64,000 nt of DNA, from the NCBI GenBank assembly GCA_002011125.2, contig MTMF02000009.1:1000989-1064988 (forward strand), written 5' to 3'. Position 1 is the first letter of the stretch. The number at the start of each line of letters is the position of its first letter. Source of the stretch: Candidatus Hydrothermarchaeum profundi. GTDB lineage: Archaea > Hydrothermarchaeota > Hydrothermarchaeia > Hydrothermarchaeales > Hydrothermarchaeaceae. Shown here piece by piece: positions 45,394-55,922 of this stretch. The position numbers and the translations under genes are program-made. Below the pieces are notes generated by a model that worked only from the letters and a program-made list of their open reading frames with translations, was not told where the DNA came from and did no database searches.

Positions 45394-46641
45394 TTGGTTG
45401 AGAATATGAAGAAAGCATCATCAGTAGAACTTCATAAATTAAAGAAAGAGCTGGAAAGGCTTGAGAGTAAAGTTGGTAAGGGTACAGAACTAGTCAGTTT
45501 ACATATTCCCCCCGATAAAAATCTAAATGATGTAATGTCACATATGAGAGATGAATATTCCCAGGCTAATAATATCAAATCAGCTAGAACTAGGAAAAAC
45601 GTCCAAGCCGCTTTAGAGGTAATAATGCAAAGACTTAAAATGATAAAACAAGTGCCTGAGAACGGACTAGTATTGTTAGTTGGAACAATCCCTCGAGGCA
45701 CAAAAGATAAAATGGAGGTTTATTTGATTCATCCTCCTGAAAAATTGCAGACGTATGTTTATCATTGTGATTCGAAATTTTATCTTGATCCACTTAAAGA
45801 AATGCTTGAGGAAAAAGGGTCATATGGTCTACTCGTATTAGATAGAGGCGAAGCTACCGTAGGACTTCTTAAGGGGAAAAATATTGAGGTTGTTAAAAGA
45901 ATTAGTTCTACGGTTCCAGGGAAGCATGGTAGAGGCGGTCAAAGCCAAAGAAGGTTTGAAAGGCTTATTGAGATAGCGGCGCATGAGTATTTCAAGAGAG
46001 TGGGAGAACATGCTAGTGAAGTTTTCATGAATACCCCTGATCTCAGAGGAGTAATTTTAGGGGGGCCTGGACCGACTAAAGAATTTTTTTATAATGAAGG
46101 ATATCTCCATCCAAAAGTACAAGAGAAGATATTAGGTGTTGTTGATACATCCTATACTGATGAATTTGGTATTAAGGAGTTAGTGAATAAGTCATCTGAA
46201 ATTTTTAAAGATTTAGAGATTACAAAGGAGAAAAACCTCGTTCAAAAGTTTCTTCAAGAAGTTGTCAAGGATAGAGGATTAGCTGCATATGGCGAGGAGG
46301 AAGTACGAAACTTACTCAAAATGGGAGCGGTTGATACCATCCTTTATTCAGAAGATTTAGAGTCGTTTAGAGTCAAGGTTAAATGCTCTAATTGTGACTA
46401 CTCTAACTTAGTTACTACTAAAGATATTAAGAAATTAGAAGAAGAACTCGTACAAGAACCTTGTCCGAAATGTAATGAAAATTCTTTGGAGATAGAGGAG
46501 TATACTAGTACCCTAGACTTATTAATTGATATTGCAGAATCTACAGGGGCTAAAGTTGAGGTCATATCCACAGATACCGAGGAGGGACAGCAACTTAAAG
46601 CATTTGGCGGTATAGCCGCCATATTAAGGTTTCGTCCTTAA
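45394..46641 (+). CDS. prf1: Peptide chain release factor aRF1
   Basis: GTELVSL, NIKS, YHCDSKF, GGQS and AAILRF. Confidence 0.96.
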   Translation: MVENMKKASSVELHKLKKELERLESKVGKGTELVSLHIPPDKNLNDVMSHMRDEYSQANNIKSARTRKNVQAALEVIMQRLKMIKQVPENGLVLLVGTIPRGTKDKMEVYLIHPPEKLQTYVYHCDSKFYLDPLKEMLEEKGSYGLLVLDRGEATVGLLKGKNIEVVKRISSTVPGKHGRGGQSQRRFERLIEIAAHEYFKRVGEHASEVFMNTPDLRGVILGGPGPTKEFFYNEGYLHPKVQEKILGVVDTSYTDEFGIKELVNKSSEIFKDLEITKEKNLVQKFLQEVVKDRGLAAYGEEEVRNLLKMGAVDTILYSEDLESFRVKVKCSNCDYSNLVTTKDIKKLEEELVQEPCPKCNENSLEIEEYTSTLDLLIDIAESTGAKVEVISTDTEEGQQLKAFGGIAAILRFRP

Positions 46642-46659
46642 AAGAGGAGTGAGAATTAT

Positions 46660-48327
46660 TTGTTTGATAAATTTATAAATCAAGCTAAAGGCGAGGTAGA
46701 TAGAGTTCTAGAAGAGAAAGGCATATCCAAGGAGATAGTATTTGAAGAGCCTATTGAAGAATTTGGAGATCTCTCTACTCCTATATGTTTTGAATTAGCT
46801 CCATTAATGAAAAAGTCTCCTAAAGTACTTGCAGAAGAACTTGCTGGTGATATGGAGGCCGGGGGATTTATCCGGGAGATAAAGCCTGTCAATGGGTATG
46901 TAAACTTTTATTTAAATTACGAAAAACTAACCCCACTTTTGCTTGAAAAAATTAAGTCAGAGAAGGATAATTATGGACGGGGAAAAGGAAAAGAAAAGAT
47001 AATTTTAGAATGCACTTCAGCCAACCCGGATGGCCCTCTACACATTGGTCATGCACGAAATGGAATAATAGGTGATACTTTAGCGAGAGTGATGAGATTT
47101 GCGGGATATGATGTGGAAACACAATATTATGTGAATGATATGGGAAAACAGTTGGCAGTAGTGGTATGGGGTCTAAGGAGGTTTAAGATAGATAGCAAGA
47201 AAAAGAAAGACCACGCTATTTCTGAGATCTATGTAAAAGCTACTAAAGTTTTAAATGAGAATCCAGAGTATGAAAGTGAGATATCCGGGCTAATGAAGGA
47301 CTATGAGCAGGGGACTAAAGAAGTAAAAAGTGAATTTGAATATGCTGCCAATTATTGTCTAGATGGAATCCGTGAGACGCTAGAAAGAATTAAGATAAAT
47401 ATCGATACTTATATTTGGGAAAGTTCTTTCCTGAGGGATTCTTCTGTTAGTAAAGCGTTGGAAAGATTGGGAAAAACGAAGTATCTAAAAAAGAATGATG
47501 TCCTCTATTTAGACCTATCTGAATTTGGAGTTGAAAAGGAACTAATCTTAACTAGGAAAGATGGGACGTCTCTGTATGTAACTAGGGATATAGCTTATCA
47601 CCTTTGGAAATCATCTAGAGGTTTAGTTGTAGATATATTTGGTGCAGATCATAAGCTGGTTTCAACCCAGTTATCGCTAGCTCTCAGAATATTGGGCGTA
47701 AAGCAACCTGAATTCGTGATATATGAATTTATATCGCTCCCTGGGGGGAAAATGTCTACTCGCAGAGGGATTTTTATTTCTTTGGATGAACTTTTAGATG
47801 AGAGTGCTGAAAGAGCATTAAGAGAAGTTAATAAGAGAAGGCCAAAGCTCAATGAGAGTTTGAAAGCTAAAATAGCTGAAAGTGTGGGTGTTGGAGCCGT
47901 AAGATTTAATGTTATAAAAATATCTCCAGAGAAACCTATTATTTTTAGATGGGAGGAGGCTTTGGATTTTGAGAGGCAGGGGTCTCCTTTTATCCAGTAT
48001 GCACATGCTAGGGCGTGTAGGATTCTTGAAAAAGCAGAGATTAAAGACTCTTATGAAGTTCCTTCCCTCTCATCTAATGAAAAGAAGCTTGTAAAGGTAC
48101 TCTCTAAATTCCCGGTCAAGGTTAGCGAGGCCGCTGAAAGTAGGCGTCCTCATATAATAGCTAATTATGCCCTAGAACTTGCAGACAGTTTTCACCGGTT
48201 TTATATGTTTGAACCAGTTCTAAAATCTGATAAAAAAGATTTTAGAGTACATTTAGTTTTAGCGAGCAAAATTGTTTTAGCTAATACCCTGAGTCTTTTG
48301 GGAATAGATCCTCTGGAAGAGATGTAA
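46660..48327 (+). CDS. argS: Arginyl-tRNA synthetase
   Basis: SANPDGPLHIGHARN, YYVNDMG, KMSTRRG, IQYAHAR and the C-terminal LGI..LEEM. Confidence 0.96.
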   Translation: MFDKFINQAKGEVDRVLEEKGISKEIVFEEPIEEFGDLSTPICFELAPLMKKSPKVLAEELAGDMEAGGFIREIKPVNGYVNFYLNYEKLTPLLLEKIKSEKDNYGRGKGKEKIILECTSANPDGPLHIGHARNGIIGDTLARVMRFAGYDVETQYYVNDMGKQLAVVVWGLRRFKIDSKKKKDHAISEIYVKATKVLNENPEYESEISGLMKDYEQGTKEVKSEFEYAANYCLDGIRETLERIKINIDTYIWESSFLRDSSVSKALERLGKTKYLKKNDVLYLDLSEFGVEKELILTRKDGTSLYVTRDIAYHLWKSSRGLVVDIFGADHKLVSTQLSLALRILGVKQPEFVIYEFISLPGGKMSTRRGIFISLDELLDESAERALREVNKRRPKLNESLKAKIAESVGVGAVRFNVIKISPEKPIIFRWEEALDFERQGSPFIQYAHARACRILEKAEIKDSYEVPSLSSNEKKLVKVLSKFPVKVSEAAESRRPHIIANYALELADSFHRFYMFEPVLKSDKKDFRVHLVLASKIVLANTLSLLGIDPLEEM

Positions 48328-48459
48328 CCCAATTGCCCCGATATGTAGGGTTATACCGACTCCTAGGAGCGTTAAAATTGCTATGGGGAGTTTTAATAAT
48401 ACCGCTGTTATCGTTAGTGGATATACCACAAAGAGAGTGAATTCAATAATCTTACTCAT
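48277..48459 (-). CDS. Possible small membrane protein
   Basis: Hydrophobic 60-aa ATG ORF with an upstream TTTATAAA, but it overlaps the argS 3' end. Confidence 0.3.
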   Translation of the reverse strand: MSKIIEFTLFVVYPLTITAVLLKLPIAILTLLGVGITLHIGAIGLHLFQRIYSQKTQGIS

Positions 48460-48644
48460 AAATATATAGAGTATAATTCATTTTTATAAATTATAGATCT
48501 TTTGAAATGGCGAAATCATTTAAGTTCTGAGATAAAAATTCTCTATAATAGTTTGCTTCACCATATTTTTGTTGGAGAGTTTGTGACATTATTCGCAAGA
48601 ATCCACGTAAGATATTTATCTTTTTTTGCCTTTAGTGTTATTCC

Positions 48645-49001
48645 ATGGAGGACTACGGTAAAAGTCTCATGGATATACGGAGAGAGGAAAGAGAAAAGCT
48701 TAGGAGAATATTCTCCTTAATCTTGAGTGTTACTTCTATTGTGCTCGGTGCGGCTCTCGCTTATGTGGGATACTCGGAAGAGAGTTTGTTGGGTTTATTC
48801 TTTTATTTTCTTTTTGGTCTGGGCTTAGTTTTTGTAGGCTTCCAAATTTTTCTCATGGAAACTAAAGAAAAAACTAAGAAAGTCGAAAATAATCCACCTC
48901 AAGAACAACAAGAGAAGCCTGATGTTGATAAGTGCCCTCATTGTGGAGCGGATATAACTACGGCTGGAAAGTTTTGCGGAAGCTGTGGAAGGATGTTATG
49001 A
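48645..49001 (+). CDS. Membrane protein with C-terminal zinc ribbon
   Basis: Two TM helices and CPHCG...FCGSCG. Confidence 0.75.
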   Translation: MEDYGKSLMDIRREEREKLRRIFSLILSVTSIVLGAALAYVGYSEESLLGLFFYFLFGLGLVFVGFQIFLMETKEKTKKVENNPPQEQQEKPDVDKCPHCGADITTAGKFCGSCGRML

Positions 49002-49787
49002 GAGAGCCTTAGCCGTTTTAAAAGCTCTTAAATAGCCATCTACCGAATTAGCTCTTGAGGTATCGATTAGACACTTATCAACTCCGACTATGGGGGCTCC
49101 ATAGCCTTTACCATTTCCTATAAAAACCAAAGTTCTAAAAATCAAGTTTCCTGTAATGCCATTTGGGGCTATTATAAAATTTGCTCCATCTTTAATGGCA
49201 TCTTCAATTAATATCGAGTAATTTTTAACATTTCTTAAGGAACTAGAGATAAACTCGGCTTCGTCTAATGTCTTGTCTACTAGAGCATGCCTACCGTAAT
49301 CCTGCTTCCTACCACCACTTAATATACCAATTCTAGGTGTTAATCCAAGTTTCATTAGAATCTTGGTGCCCTCACTAATCAGAAAGGTCTTATCCTCAAT
49401 GCTCCATCCCTCGTCTATACCAACCGGAGCAAGCATAAAGGATTTCCCTTCGGGGGATTCTAATATTGCTATTCTACTTATTTTAGTATTGAAAGCATTT
49501 TTAATTGCTTGGATGAAACGCTTCGCATCTCCTGATCCCCTTATTGCAACATCTACCCTTCCTTTTTTTACTAATTCAACTAAATAGTTCTCTACATTTT
49601 TGGATTCTACTACCTCCGTATTTACATTGCTAGAAAATTTTAGTGGGGTAACTACGGTTACCTCTCCCTCTATTTCTGCAGCCTCTATGATCTTATTTAC
49701 ATACCCCTCTCTTTCGATTCCTGCACCAATAGCTATTTTTACTTTTTTTGCTTGTGCAACTTTCTCCAAAGCCTTTATAATGTCCAT
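48996..49787 (-). CDS. mtxX: Methanogenesis marker protein Mmp4/MtxX family
   Basis: DVAIRGS, LAPVGIDEG, GILSGGR..DYGRH..VDKTL, ILIEDA, GITGNLIFRTL and DTSR. Confidence 0.85.
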   Translation of the reverse strand: MDIIKALEKVAQAKKVKIAIGAGIEREGYVNKIIEAAEIEGEVTVVTPLKFSSNVNTEVVESKNVENYLVELVKKGRVDVAIRGSGDAKRFIQAIKNAFNTKISRIAILESPEGKSFMLAPVGIDEGWSIEDKTFLISEGTKILMKLGLTPRIGILSGGRKQDYGRHALVDKTLDEAEFISSSLRNVKNYSILIEDAIKDGANFIIAPNGITGNLIFRTLVFIGNGKGYGAPIVGVDKCLIDTSRANSVDGYLRAFKTAKALS

Positions 49788-49866
49788 AACATAAATTTGT
49801 GAGATAATACTTTAAAAATTACTTATAGGAAAAAATAAATATCTACGACTTATTAAAGGAGAGAGG

Positions 49867-50637
49867 ATGCTAAGTAAGCTACTAAAGCCGATTTATTTTG
49901 TATATGAGGCAAAGCTGGAAAGAGATGTTAAGAAGGGGAAACTACCTCGTCACATAGCCATTATTATGGATGGGAATAGGAGGTTAGCAGAAAAAGTAGG
50001 TATTATGCCATGGGAAGGACATAGACTTGGGGCTCAAAAGTTAGAAGAAGTATTAGATTGGTGCATCGATTTAGGAATAAAAACCGTCACGGCATACGCT
50101 TTTTCCAATGAAAACTTTTATAGACCAAAAATAGAGAGAGAACGTCTTTTTGATTTGTTTGAGGAGTATTTTAACAAGGTTGCGGTAGACAAAAAAATAC
50201 ATAAAAATAAGGCTAGGGTTAAGGCTATTGGCAGGAAGGAGAAATTTCCTCCGAGAGTAAGAGAGGCGATAAGAAGGGCAGAGGAGGCTACTAAGGATTA
50301 TAATAATTTTCACCTAAATTTAGCTGTGGCGTATGGAGGAAGACAGGAGATAGTGGACGCTGTAAAATCTGTTGCATCTGATGTCAAGACCGGTAAACTA
50401 GAGATAAAAGATATCGATGAGAAGATAATAAGTAAAAATCTGTATACAAATGGCTTGCCTGACCCTGATCTAGTGATAAGGACTTCAGGTGAAGAAAGAA
50501 TCTCGGGATTTCTTTTGTGGCAAAGTGCCTATTCCGAGTTATACTTCTGCGAGAGTTATTGGCCAGGGTTTAGAAAGATCGATTTTTTGAGGGCTATTAG
50601 GACATTCCAGCAGAGAAAGAGGAGATTTGGAAGATAG
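49867..50637 (+). CDS. uppS: cis-Prenyltransferase (polyprenyl/undecaprenyl diphosphate synthase)
   Basis: HIAIIMDGNRR, YAFSNEN, YGGRQEI and IRTSGEERISGFLLWQ. Confidence 0.95.
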   Translation: MLSKLLKPIYFVYEAKLERDVKKGKLPRHIAIIMDGNRRLAEKVGIMPWEGHRLGAQKLEEVLDWCIDLGIKTVTAYAFSNENFYRPKIERERLFDLFEEYFNKVAVDKKIHKNKARVKAIGRKEKFPPRVREAIRRAEEATKDYNNFHLNLAVAYGGRQEIVDAVKSVASDVKTGKLEIKDIDEKIISKNLYTNGLPDPDLVIRTSGEERISGFLLWQSAYSELYFCESYWPGFRKIDFLRAIRTFQQRKRRFGR

Positions 50638-50675
50638 GTTTATAAATATGCTTAATAAAGATATGATTGAAGGCC

Positions 50676-51122
50676 ATGAGGAAGGTAATTGCTCTAACAT
50701 TAATTGTTTGTTTTGTTTTAAATGTTAGCGGGTTATGGGGATATGAGAAGACATCTACAGTTTTAATGAAATTTGAGGACGGTACAGCTATTAATGCCGA
50801 GGTAGCTAGGGATAAAGCGAGAGGACTCATGTTTAGGGACTCTCTGAATGAGAATGAAGGAATGTTTTTTTCTTTCGATGAAATGGGGAAGTATGGTTTC
50901 TGGATGAAAAATATGAAGTTTCCTCTTGATATAATATGGCTTGATGAAAATTTCCGAGTCGTACATATAGAGGAAAATGTTCCCCCTTGTAATGACGAAT
51001 GTCCTACATATATTCCTGAGAGACCAGCAAAGTATGTACTTGAGGTTCAAGCAAATTTTGCAGTAGAACACTCAGTAGGACTAGGAGATAAAGTGTATGC
51101 AACCGAAGAAATTATTGCTTGA
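50676..51122 (+). CDS. DUF192 family protein
   Basis: RGLMFRDSL..NEGMFF, FWMKNMKFPLDIIW and YVLEV. Confidence 0.9.
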   Translation: MRKVIALTLIVCFVLNVSGLWGYEKTSTVLMKFEDGTAINAEVARDKARGLMFRDSLNENEGMFFSFDEMGKYGFWMKNMKFPLDIIWLDENFRVVHIEENVPPCNDECPTYIPERPAKYVLEVQANFAVEHSVGLGDKVYATEEIIA

Positions 51123-51137
51123 ATGAGTATCTCGAAT

Positions 51138-51626
51138 TCATATCCTAACTATTCTTACATCCATCTCTTCGGTATCTAGCAAAGCCAAAGTTTTTTCTCC
51201 ACTTAGATAACCACAAAGCTCTCCGGGATTAGTCACTAGAGTACTTTCTACTCTTTTAACATCTGATTTATGTGTATGTCCAGTTATAACAACGTCATAA
51301 AGACCGCTCTTTATTAAGGCATTCGTAACTGCTTGAATAGTTCCGTGGTATACTACTATTTTTTTGCCATTATGTTTAATCTCTGCTAGTTCTTGTAGGG
51401 AAGCATTCATTTCAGAGAACTTCAGGGAGAGGAGTCTCTTTTCTCCGTCATTATTTCCATAAACTCCTATAAACTCTGCCTTCAGTTTACTAAATTCTGG
51501 CACAGTAAAGGGAGATATAATATCTCCGGCATGGATAACCAGATCCACTTTGTGCGAATTAAAATATTTTACTGCCTTCTTAATTGCATCTACATTATCA
51601 TGGCTGTCAGATAGAATCCCAATCAA
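51138..51626 (-). CDS. Metallophosphoesterase (YfcE/MJ0936 family)
   Basis: SDSHD, HAGD, GNND, GHTH and NPG. Confidence 0.9.
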   Translation of the reverse strand: MIGILSDSHDNVDAIKKAVKYFNSHKVDLVIHAGDIISPFTVPEFSKLKAEFIGVYGNNDGEKRLLSLKFSEMNASLQELAEIKHNGKKIVVYHGTIQAVTNALIKSGLYDVVITGHTHKSDVKRVESTLVTNPGELCGYLSGEKTLALLDTEEMDVRIVRI

Positions 51627-51723
51627 CTATATCACCTTCTTTAATAGTGCATTATTTTTAAAAATAAGTTTTTGTAAGCCGTATATATTATACACTTGAG
51701 AATAGATGTAATTAGGTGTTAAA

Positions 51724-52854
51724 ATGTTTGCAAAACGCTTGGATTATATTGATATCTCAGGTATAAGAAAGATGTTTGAAATGGCTGGTGGGAGGGATAT
51801 TATTAATTTAGCTTTAGGGGAGCCGGATTTTCCTATACCTCCAGAGTCTAAAGAAGAAATCAAAAGAGCGATTGAAGAAGATTTTACTCATTACACTCCT
51901 AATAAAGGGATACTTGAGTTGCGTGAAGAACTAGCGAAGAAATTTGAAAATAGAGGTATTAAAACCGATCCTCAGCAAATTATAGTTACATCTGGAGCAT
52001 CCGAGGCTCTGTTCCTCGCTATTATGGCATTCGTAGATGTTAAAGATGAGGTCTTAATTCCAGACCCAGGTTTTGTATCTTTTAATCCAATGGTCAGATT
52101 GGCAGGGGGATTACCTATCTCTGTTCCTCTAAAGGAGGAAGACGGATTTGTAATAGATTTAGAGGAAGTAAAAAAAAGGATCAGTAAGAAAACGAAAATG
52201 CTCATAGTAAACTCGCCAAGTAATCCGACAGGGGCAGTATTTCCAAAAGAAACTATAAAAGGGTTAGCGGAAATATGCGAGGATTACAACATAATGGCGT
52301 TATCTGACGAAGTTTATGAAGATATTATTTATGAAGGAAAACACTATAGCGTTGGTCAATATACGGATAACTCGATAGTTGTAAGCGCTTTTTCTAAAAC
52401 TTATGCGATGACTGGACTGAGATTAGGCTATCTTAAAAGCACCAATGAAGCGGTAGAAGAAATGCTTAAAGTGCATCAGTATATTCAGGCAAGTACTTGT
52501 TCTCTATCCCAAGTGGCTGCGCTTGCTGCACTTAAGACTAAGGGTTTCGTAGAAGCGATGGTTAAGGTATTCAAGAAGCGTCGGGAGATCGCAGTGGATC
52601 TTCTAAATAAAATAGATGGAGTCACTTGTTCGCTTCCTAAGGGCGCATTTTATGTTTTCCCGAACTTTTCAAAATTCGGAAGATCCTCGGATTTATCGAT
52701 GGAGTTTCTTAAAGAAGCAAAGGTCATAACTACGCCGGGTACAGCATTTGGACAATACGGAGAAGGATTCATTAGATTTTCTTACGCGACTAGTGAAAAT
52801 AATATTTCAAAAGGGATTGAGAGGATCAGGAAATATTTATATTCTGTAAAATAA
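51724..52854 (+). CDS. PLP-dependent aminotransferase class I/II (aspartate aminotransferase-like)
   Basis: GEPDF, NSPSNPTG, SDEVY and FSKTYAMTGLRLG. Confidence 0.93.
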   Translation: MFAKRLDYIDISGIRKMFEMAGGRDIINLALGEPDFPIPPESKEEIKRAIEEDFTHYTPNKGILELREELAKKFENRGIKTDPQQIIVTSGASEALFLAIMAFVDVKDEVLIPDPGFVSFNPMVRLAGGLPISVPLKEEDGFVIDLEEVKKRISKKTKMLIVNSPSNPTGAVFPKETIKGLAEICEDYNIMALSDEVYEDIIYEGKHYSVGQYTDNSIVVSAFSKTYAMTGLRLGYLKSTNEAVEEMLKVHQYIQASTCSLSQVAALAALKTKGFVEAMVKVFKKRREIAVDLLNKIDGVTCSLPKGAFYVFPNFSKFGRSSDLSMEFLKEAKVITTPGTAFGQYGEGFIRFSYATSENNISKGIERIRKYLYSVK

Positions 52855-52879
52855 AAGTTGGCTGGAGGCTTGAATAATC

Positions 52880-53908
52880 ATGAAATTGTTACAAAAACTC
52901 TCAGAAGCTCATGGAGTTCCTGGAGCGGAGAGAGAAGTAAGAGAAATAATGGAAGAAGAGCTGTTGAAGTATTGCGATGAGGTTGAAGTAGATAATATGG
53001 GCAATCTTATAGCTAGGAAAGGGGATGGAGAAAAGAAAGTGATGTTGTCCGCACATATGGATGAGATTGGTCTAATTGTAAAGCATATAGACAAGGAGGG
53101 TTTTATCCGGTTCGCTTCCTTAGGCGGTATATTTGATCAAACACTACTCAATCAGAGGGTTATAATTCACAGTAAGAAGGGGAGGGTAACAGGTGTCATA
53201 GGCTCTAAGCCTCCGCATTTAATGGATGAAGAAGAAAGAAAAAAACCTGTTAAAGCAAAAGATATGTTTATAGACATAGGAGCGGCGGATAATAAAGATG
53301 CAGAGAAGATAGGAGTTTCTGTCGGGGATTATATAACACTTGAAAGAAGCTTTAAAAAACTTGGTAAAAAACTAGTCACAGGGAAAGCCTTTGATGATAG
53401 GATAGGATGTTATGCTCTCCTTGAGGTGATGAGAAGAGTAGATACGGATTGGTTAGTATATGCCGTAGGTACTACGCAGGAGGAGGTAGGATTAAAAGGT
53501 GCAAGGACCGCTGCTTATAAGATAACACCGGACTACGCTATAGTATTGGAAGTGACTACGACCGGGGATTACCCGGGTGTAAGGGAAGAGGAATCAGCTA
53601 ACAAAATAGGAAAAGGGCCGGCACTTACTCTTGTAGACGCAGGGGGGCGTGGTTTAATAACTCATCCTAAAGTCCGGGATTTGCTAATAACGACTGCTGA
53701 GGATAACAAAATCCCCTATCAATTGGAAGTTGGAGAGGGTGGAACTACTGATGCTAGTGTTATCCACCTTACAAAGGAGGGAATACCCTCCGGGGTTATA
53801 TCTGTACCAACGAGGTATATACATAGTCCTGTAGAAGTCGCTAGTGTGAAGGACATTGAGAATATGATCAAACTCGCAACCTTGAGCTTAAAAGTGGGAA
53901 TAAAATAA
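52880..53908 (+). CDS. M42 family aminopeptidase (TET-like)
   Basis: [29 protein letters not shown] and RYIHSP. Confidence 0.93.
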   Translation: MKLLQKLSEAHGVPGAEREVREIMEEELLKYCDEVEVDNMGNLIARKGDGEKKVMLSAHMDEIGLIVKHIDKEGFIRFASLGGIFDQTLLNQRVIIHSKKGRVTGVIGSKPPHLMDEEERKKPVKAKDMFIDIGAADNKDAEKIGVSVGDYITLERSFKKLGKKLVTGKAFDDRIGCYALLEVMRRVDTDWLVYAVGTTQEEVGLKGARTAAYKITPDYAIVLEVTTTGDYPGVREEESANKIGKGPALTLVDAGGRGLITHPKVRDLLITTAEDNKIPYQLEVGEGGTTDASVIHLTKEGIPSGVISVPTRYIHSPVEVASVKDIENMIKLATLSLKVGIK

Positions 53909-53955
53909 CAAGGTTTTTATGTTCTGAAAATCTTTTTTGGCGTAAGGTGGGATTA

Positions 53956-54276
53956 ATGAAACTAGGGATAATTATCTACTCTAATGATTCTGAAACTGTT
54001 TGGAATGCTTTTAGAGTTGGAAATTACGCTTTGCAGCAAGGTGATAGTGTTAGGGTTTTTCTACTTGGAAAAGGCGTCGAATGTGAGTCTTTAGACACCG
54101 TAGAATTCAAAATTAAGGAGCAAATGCAATCTTTTGTCGATAACGGAGGGGAAATACTTGCTTGCGGTACTTGCCTAAAAATTAGGAAAAAAGAGGCATC
54201 AGAGATCTGTCCTTTATCTACGTTGAAAGATTTGTATACAATAGTTAGTGAAAGCGATAAAATATTAACATTCTAA
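53956..54276 (+). CDS. DsrE/DsrF-like sulfur relay family protein
   Basis: WNAFRVGN, VFLLGKGVE, ACGTCLKIR and CPLST. Confidence 0.85.
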   Translation: MKLGIIIYSNDSETVWNAFRVGNYALQQGDSVRVFLLGKGVECESLDTVEFKIKEQMQSFVDNGGEILACGTCLKIRKKEASEICPLSTLKDLYTIVSESDKILTF

Positions 54277-54290
54277 TTTTGGGAGGTTAG

Positions 54291-55922
54291 ATGGGTCTAT
54301 TAAAGATATTGAGGGTTAATCTCTCAAAGGAAAGTATTAAGGAGGAAGAGATTGAACAGGGAGATTTCATTGGAGGCAGAGGCCTTGGAGTGTATATTGC
54401 ATCGCGGGAACTTGATCCTAAAGTCGAAGCGTTCTCTGAAGGCAATAAGATAATCATATCTAACGGCCCATTAGCGGGTACTTTAGTTCCCTTCAGTGGT
54501 AGATGTAATGTAACAAGTAAGTCGCCACTCACAGGTACCCTATTTAGTTCTAATGCGGGAGGGATGTTTAGTTATGAGCTCAGCAAGACAGGATATGATG
54601 TCATAATAATTGAAGGAAAATCTAATGACCCAGTATATTTGAAAGTAGGAGACGATTCACAGATAGTTAATGCCACAGAGATATGGGGGAAAACTGTTTT
54701 TGAAACTCTTGAGTTCTTTAAAAAAACAGGACTTGAAAAAGGGAAGGTAGCATGTATAGGGCCTGCTGGTGAAAATTTAGTGAGATTTGCGAATATAATG
54801 GTACAAGGCCACAGAGCATTCGGAAGGGGCGGTTTAGGTTCTGTTATGGGGTTCAAAAAGCTAAAGGCAGTTGTACTGGACGGTTCTCAACATAAGAAGA
54901 AGAAATTCGAGGAGTTAGCGAGAGAATTAAGAAAGAAAATCAAGAGAATCTCAAGTCCACTTAAAACGCAGGGGACATCGAACATATTAGCAATAATTCA
55001 AGAGATTAGGTCTCTTCCTACAAAGAACTTCCAGCATAAGGAGTTCGAAAATGCGGATATGATAAATGGGGATGCTCTCAGGAAATATACGCTCCGAAGT
55101 GATACATGTTATTCTTGTATTATAGCCTGCAAAAGGATTACTCGTAGCGAGAGATATGGTATAGTTACAGATGGTCCGGAGTATGAGACTCTTGCAGCTT
55201 TTGGGTCGTACATTTGCAACTATGATATCGAAAGCATAATCAAAGCTAATGATCTTTGCGATAATATGGGAATTGACACTATTTCTATGGGAAGCGCTAT
55301 CGCACATTTCATGGAGGCCTCTGGGAAGTGGGGCGATTATGAATTAGCCCACGAGCTGATAGTTAAAACTGCGTATAGAGATGGAATCGGAGATAAGCTC
55401 GCAGAGGGTTCAGCAAGATTTGCGAAAGATATGGGTATTGAGGCGATAGCAGTTAAAGGAATGGATCTTCCAGCATATCATCCTCAAGGTCTATATGGCC
55501 AGGGTTTAGCGTTTGTAACGAGTAATAGAGGGGCGGACCACCTATATTCCTCTTATTATCTAGAGGAATTAAAAAGGAAAGATAGAGAAGCTCTTTCTAA
55601 AGAGAAGATTCCTGAGATTATCGCTAATGAAAATAAAAATGCAATCCTTGATTCGCTCATATTATGCAAGTTTTCACGGAGGTTTTACTCTATTGAAGAT
55701 TTCTTAAAGCTATTATCCATTACAATGTCTAGAGATATCAGTGAAGAAGAATTTTATGAGATGGGAGGAAAAATTATCACAGAAGAGAGAAGGTTCAATT
55801 TTAAAGCTGGAATAACGAAGGAGGATGTCTTGCCAAGTAGGATTTCGATCCCGGGTTTAAAAGAGGCGTTAAGAGAATATTACCTCCTAAGAGGATGGGA
55901 CAAGGAGGGGGCCCCTAAGTGA
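54291..55922 (+). CDS. Aldehyde:ferredoxin oxidoreductase family (W/Mo-pterin)
   Basis: GGRGLG, KSPLTG, CIGPAGENLV, GRGGLGSVMG, CYSCIIAC, GPEYET, DNMGIDTIS and YYLLRGWD. Confidence 0.92.
   Translation: MGLLKILRVNLSKESIKEEEIEQGDFIGGRGLGVYIASRELDPKVEAFSEGNKIIISNGPLAGTLVPFSGRCNVTSKSPLTGTLFSSNAGGMFSYELSKTGYDVIIIEGKSNDPVYLKVGDDSQIVNATEIWGKTVFETLEFFKKTGLEKGKVACIGPAGENLVRFANIMVQGHRAFGRGGLGSVMGFKKLKAVVLDGSQHKKKKFEELARELRKKIKRISSPLKTQGTSNILAIIQEIRSLPTKNFQHKEFENADMINGDALRKYTLRSDTCYSCIIACKRITRSERYGIVTDGPEYETLAAFGSYICNYDIESIIKANDLCDNMGIDTISMGSAIAHFMEASGKWGDYELAHELIVKTAYRDGIGDKLAEGSARFAKDMGIEAIAVKGMDLPAYHPQGLYGQGLAFVTSNRGADHLYSSYYLEELKRKDREALSKEKIPEIIANENKNAILDSLILCKFSRRFYSIEDFLKLLSITMSRDISEEEFYEMGGKIITEERRFNFKAGITKEDVLPSRISIPGLKEALREYYLLRGWDKEGAPK

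Noticed and set aside
48502-48720. 72-aa ORF upstream of the zinc-ribbon membrane protein
   Set aside because: It has a TTG start, no recognisable motif, and overlaps the better-supported ORF 48645-49001 in another frame.
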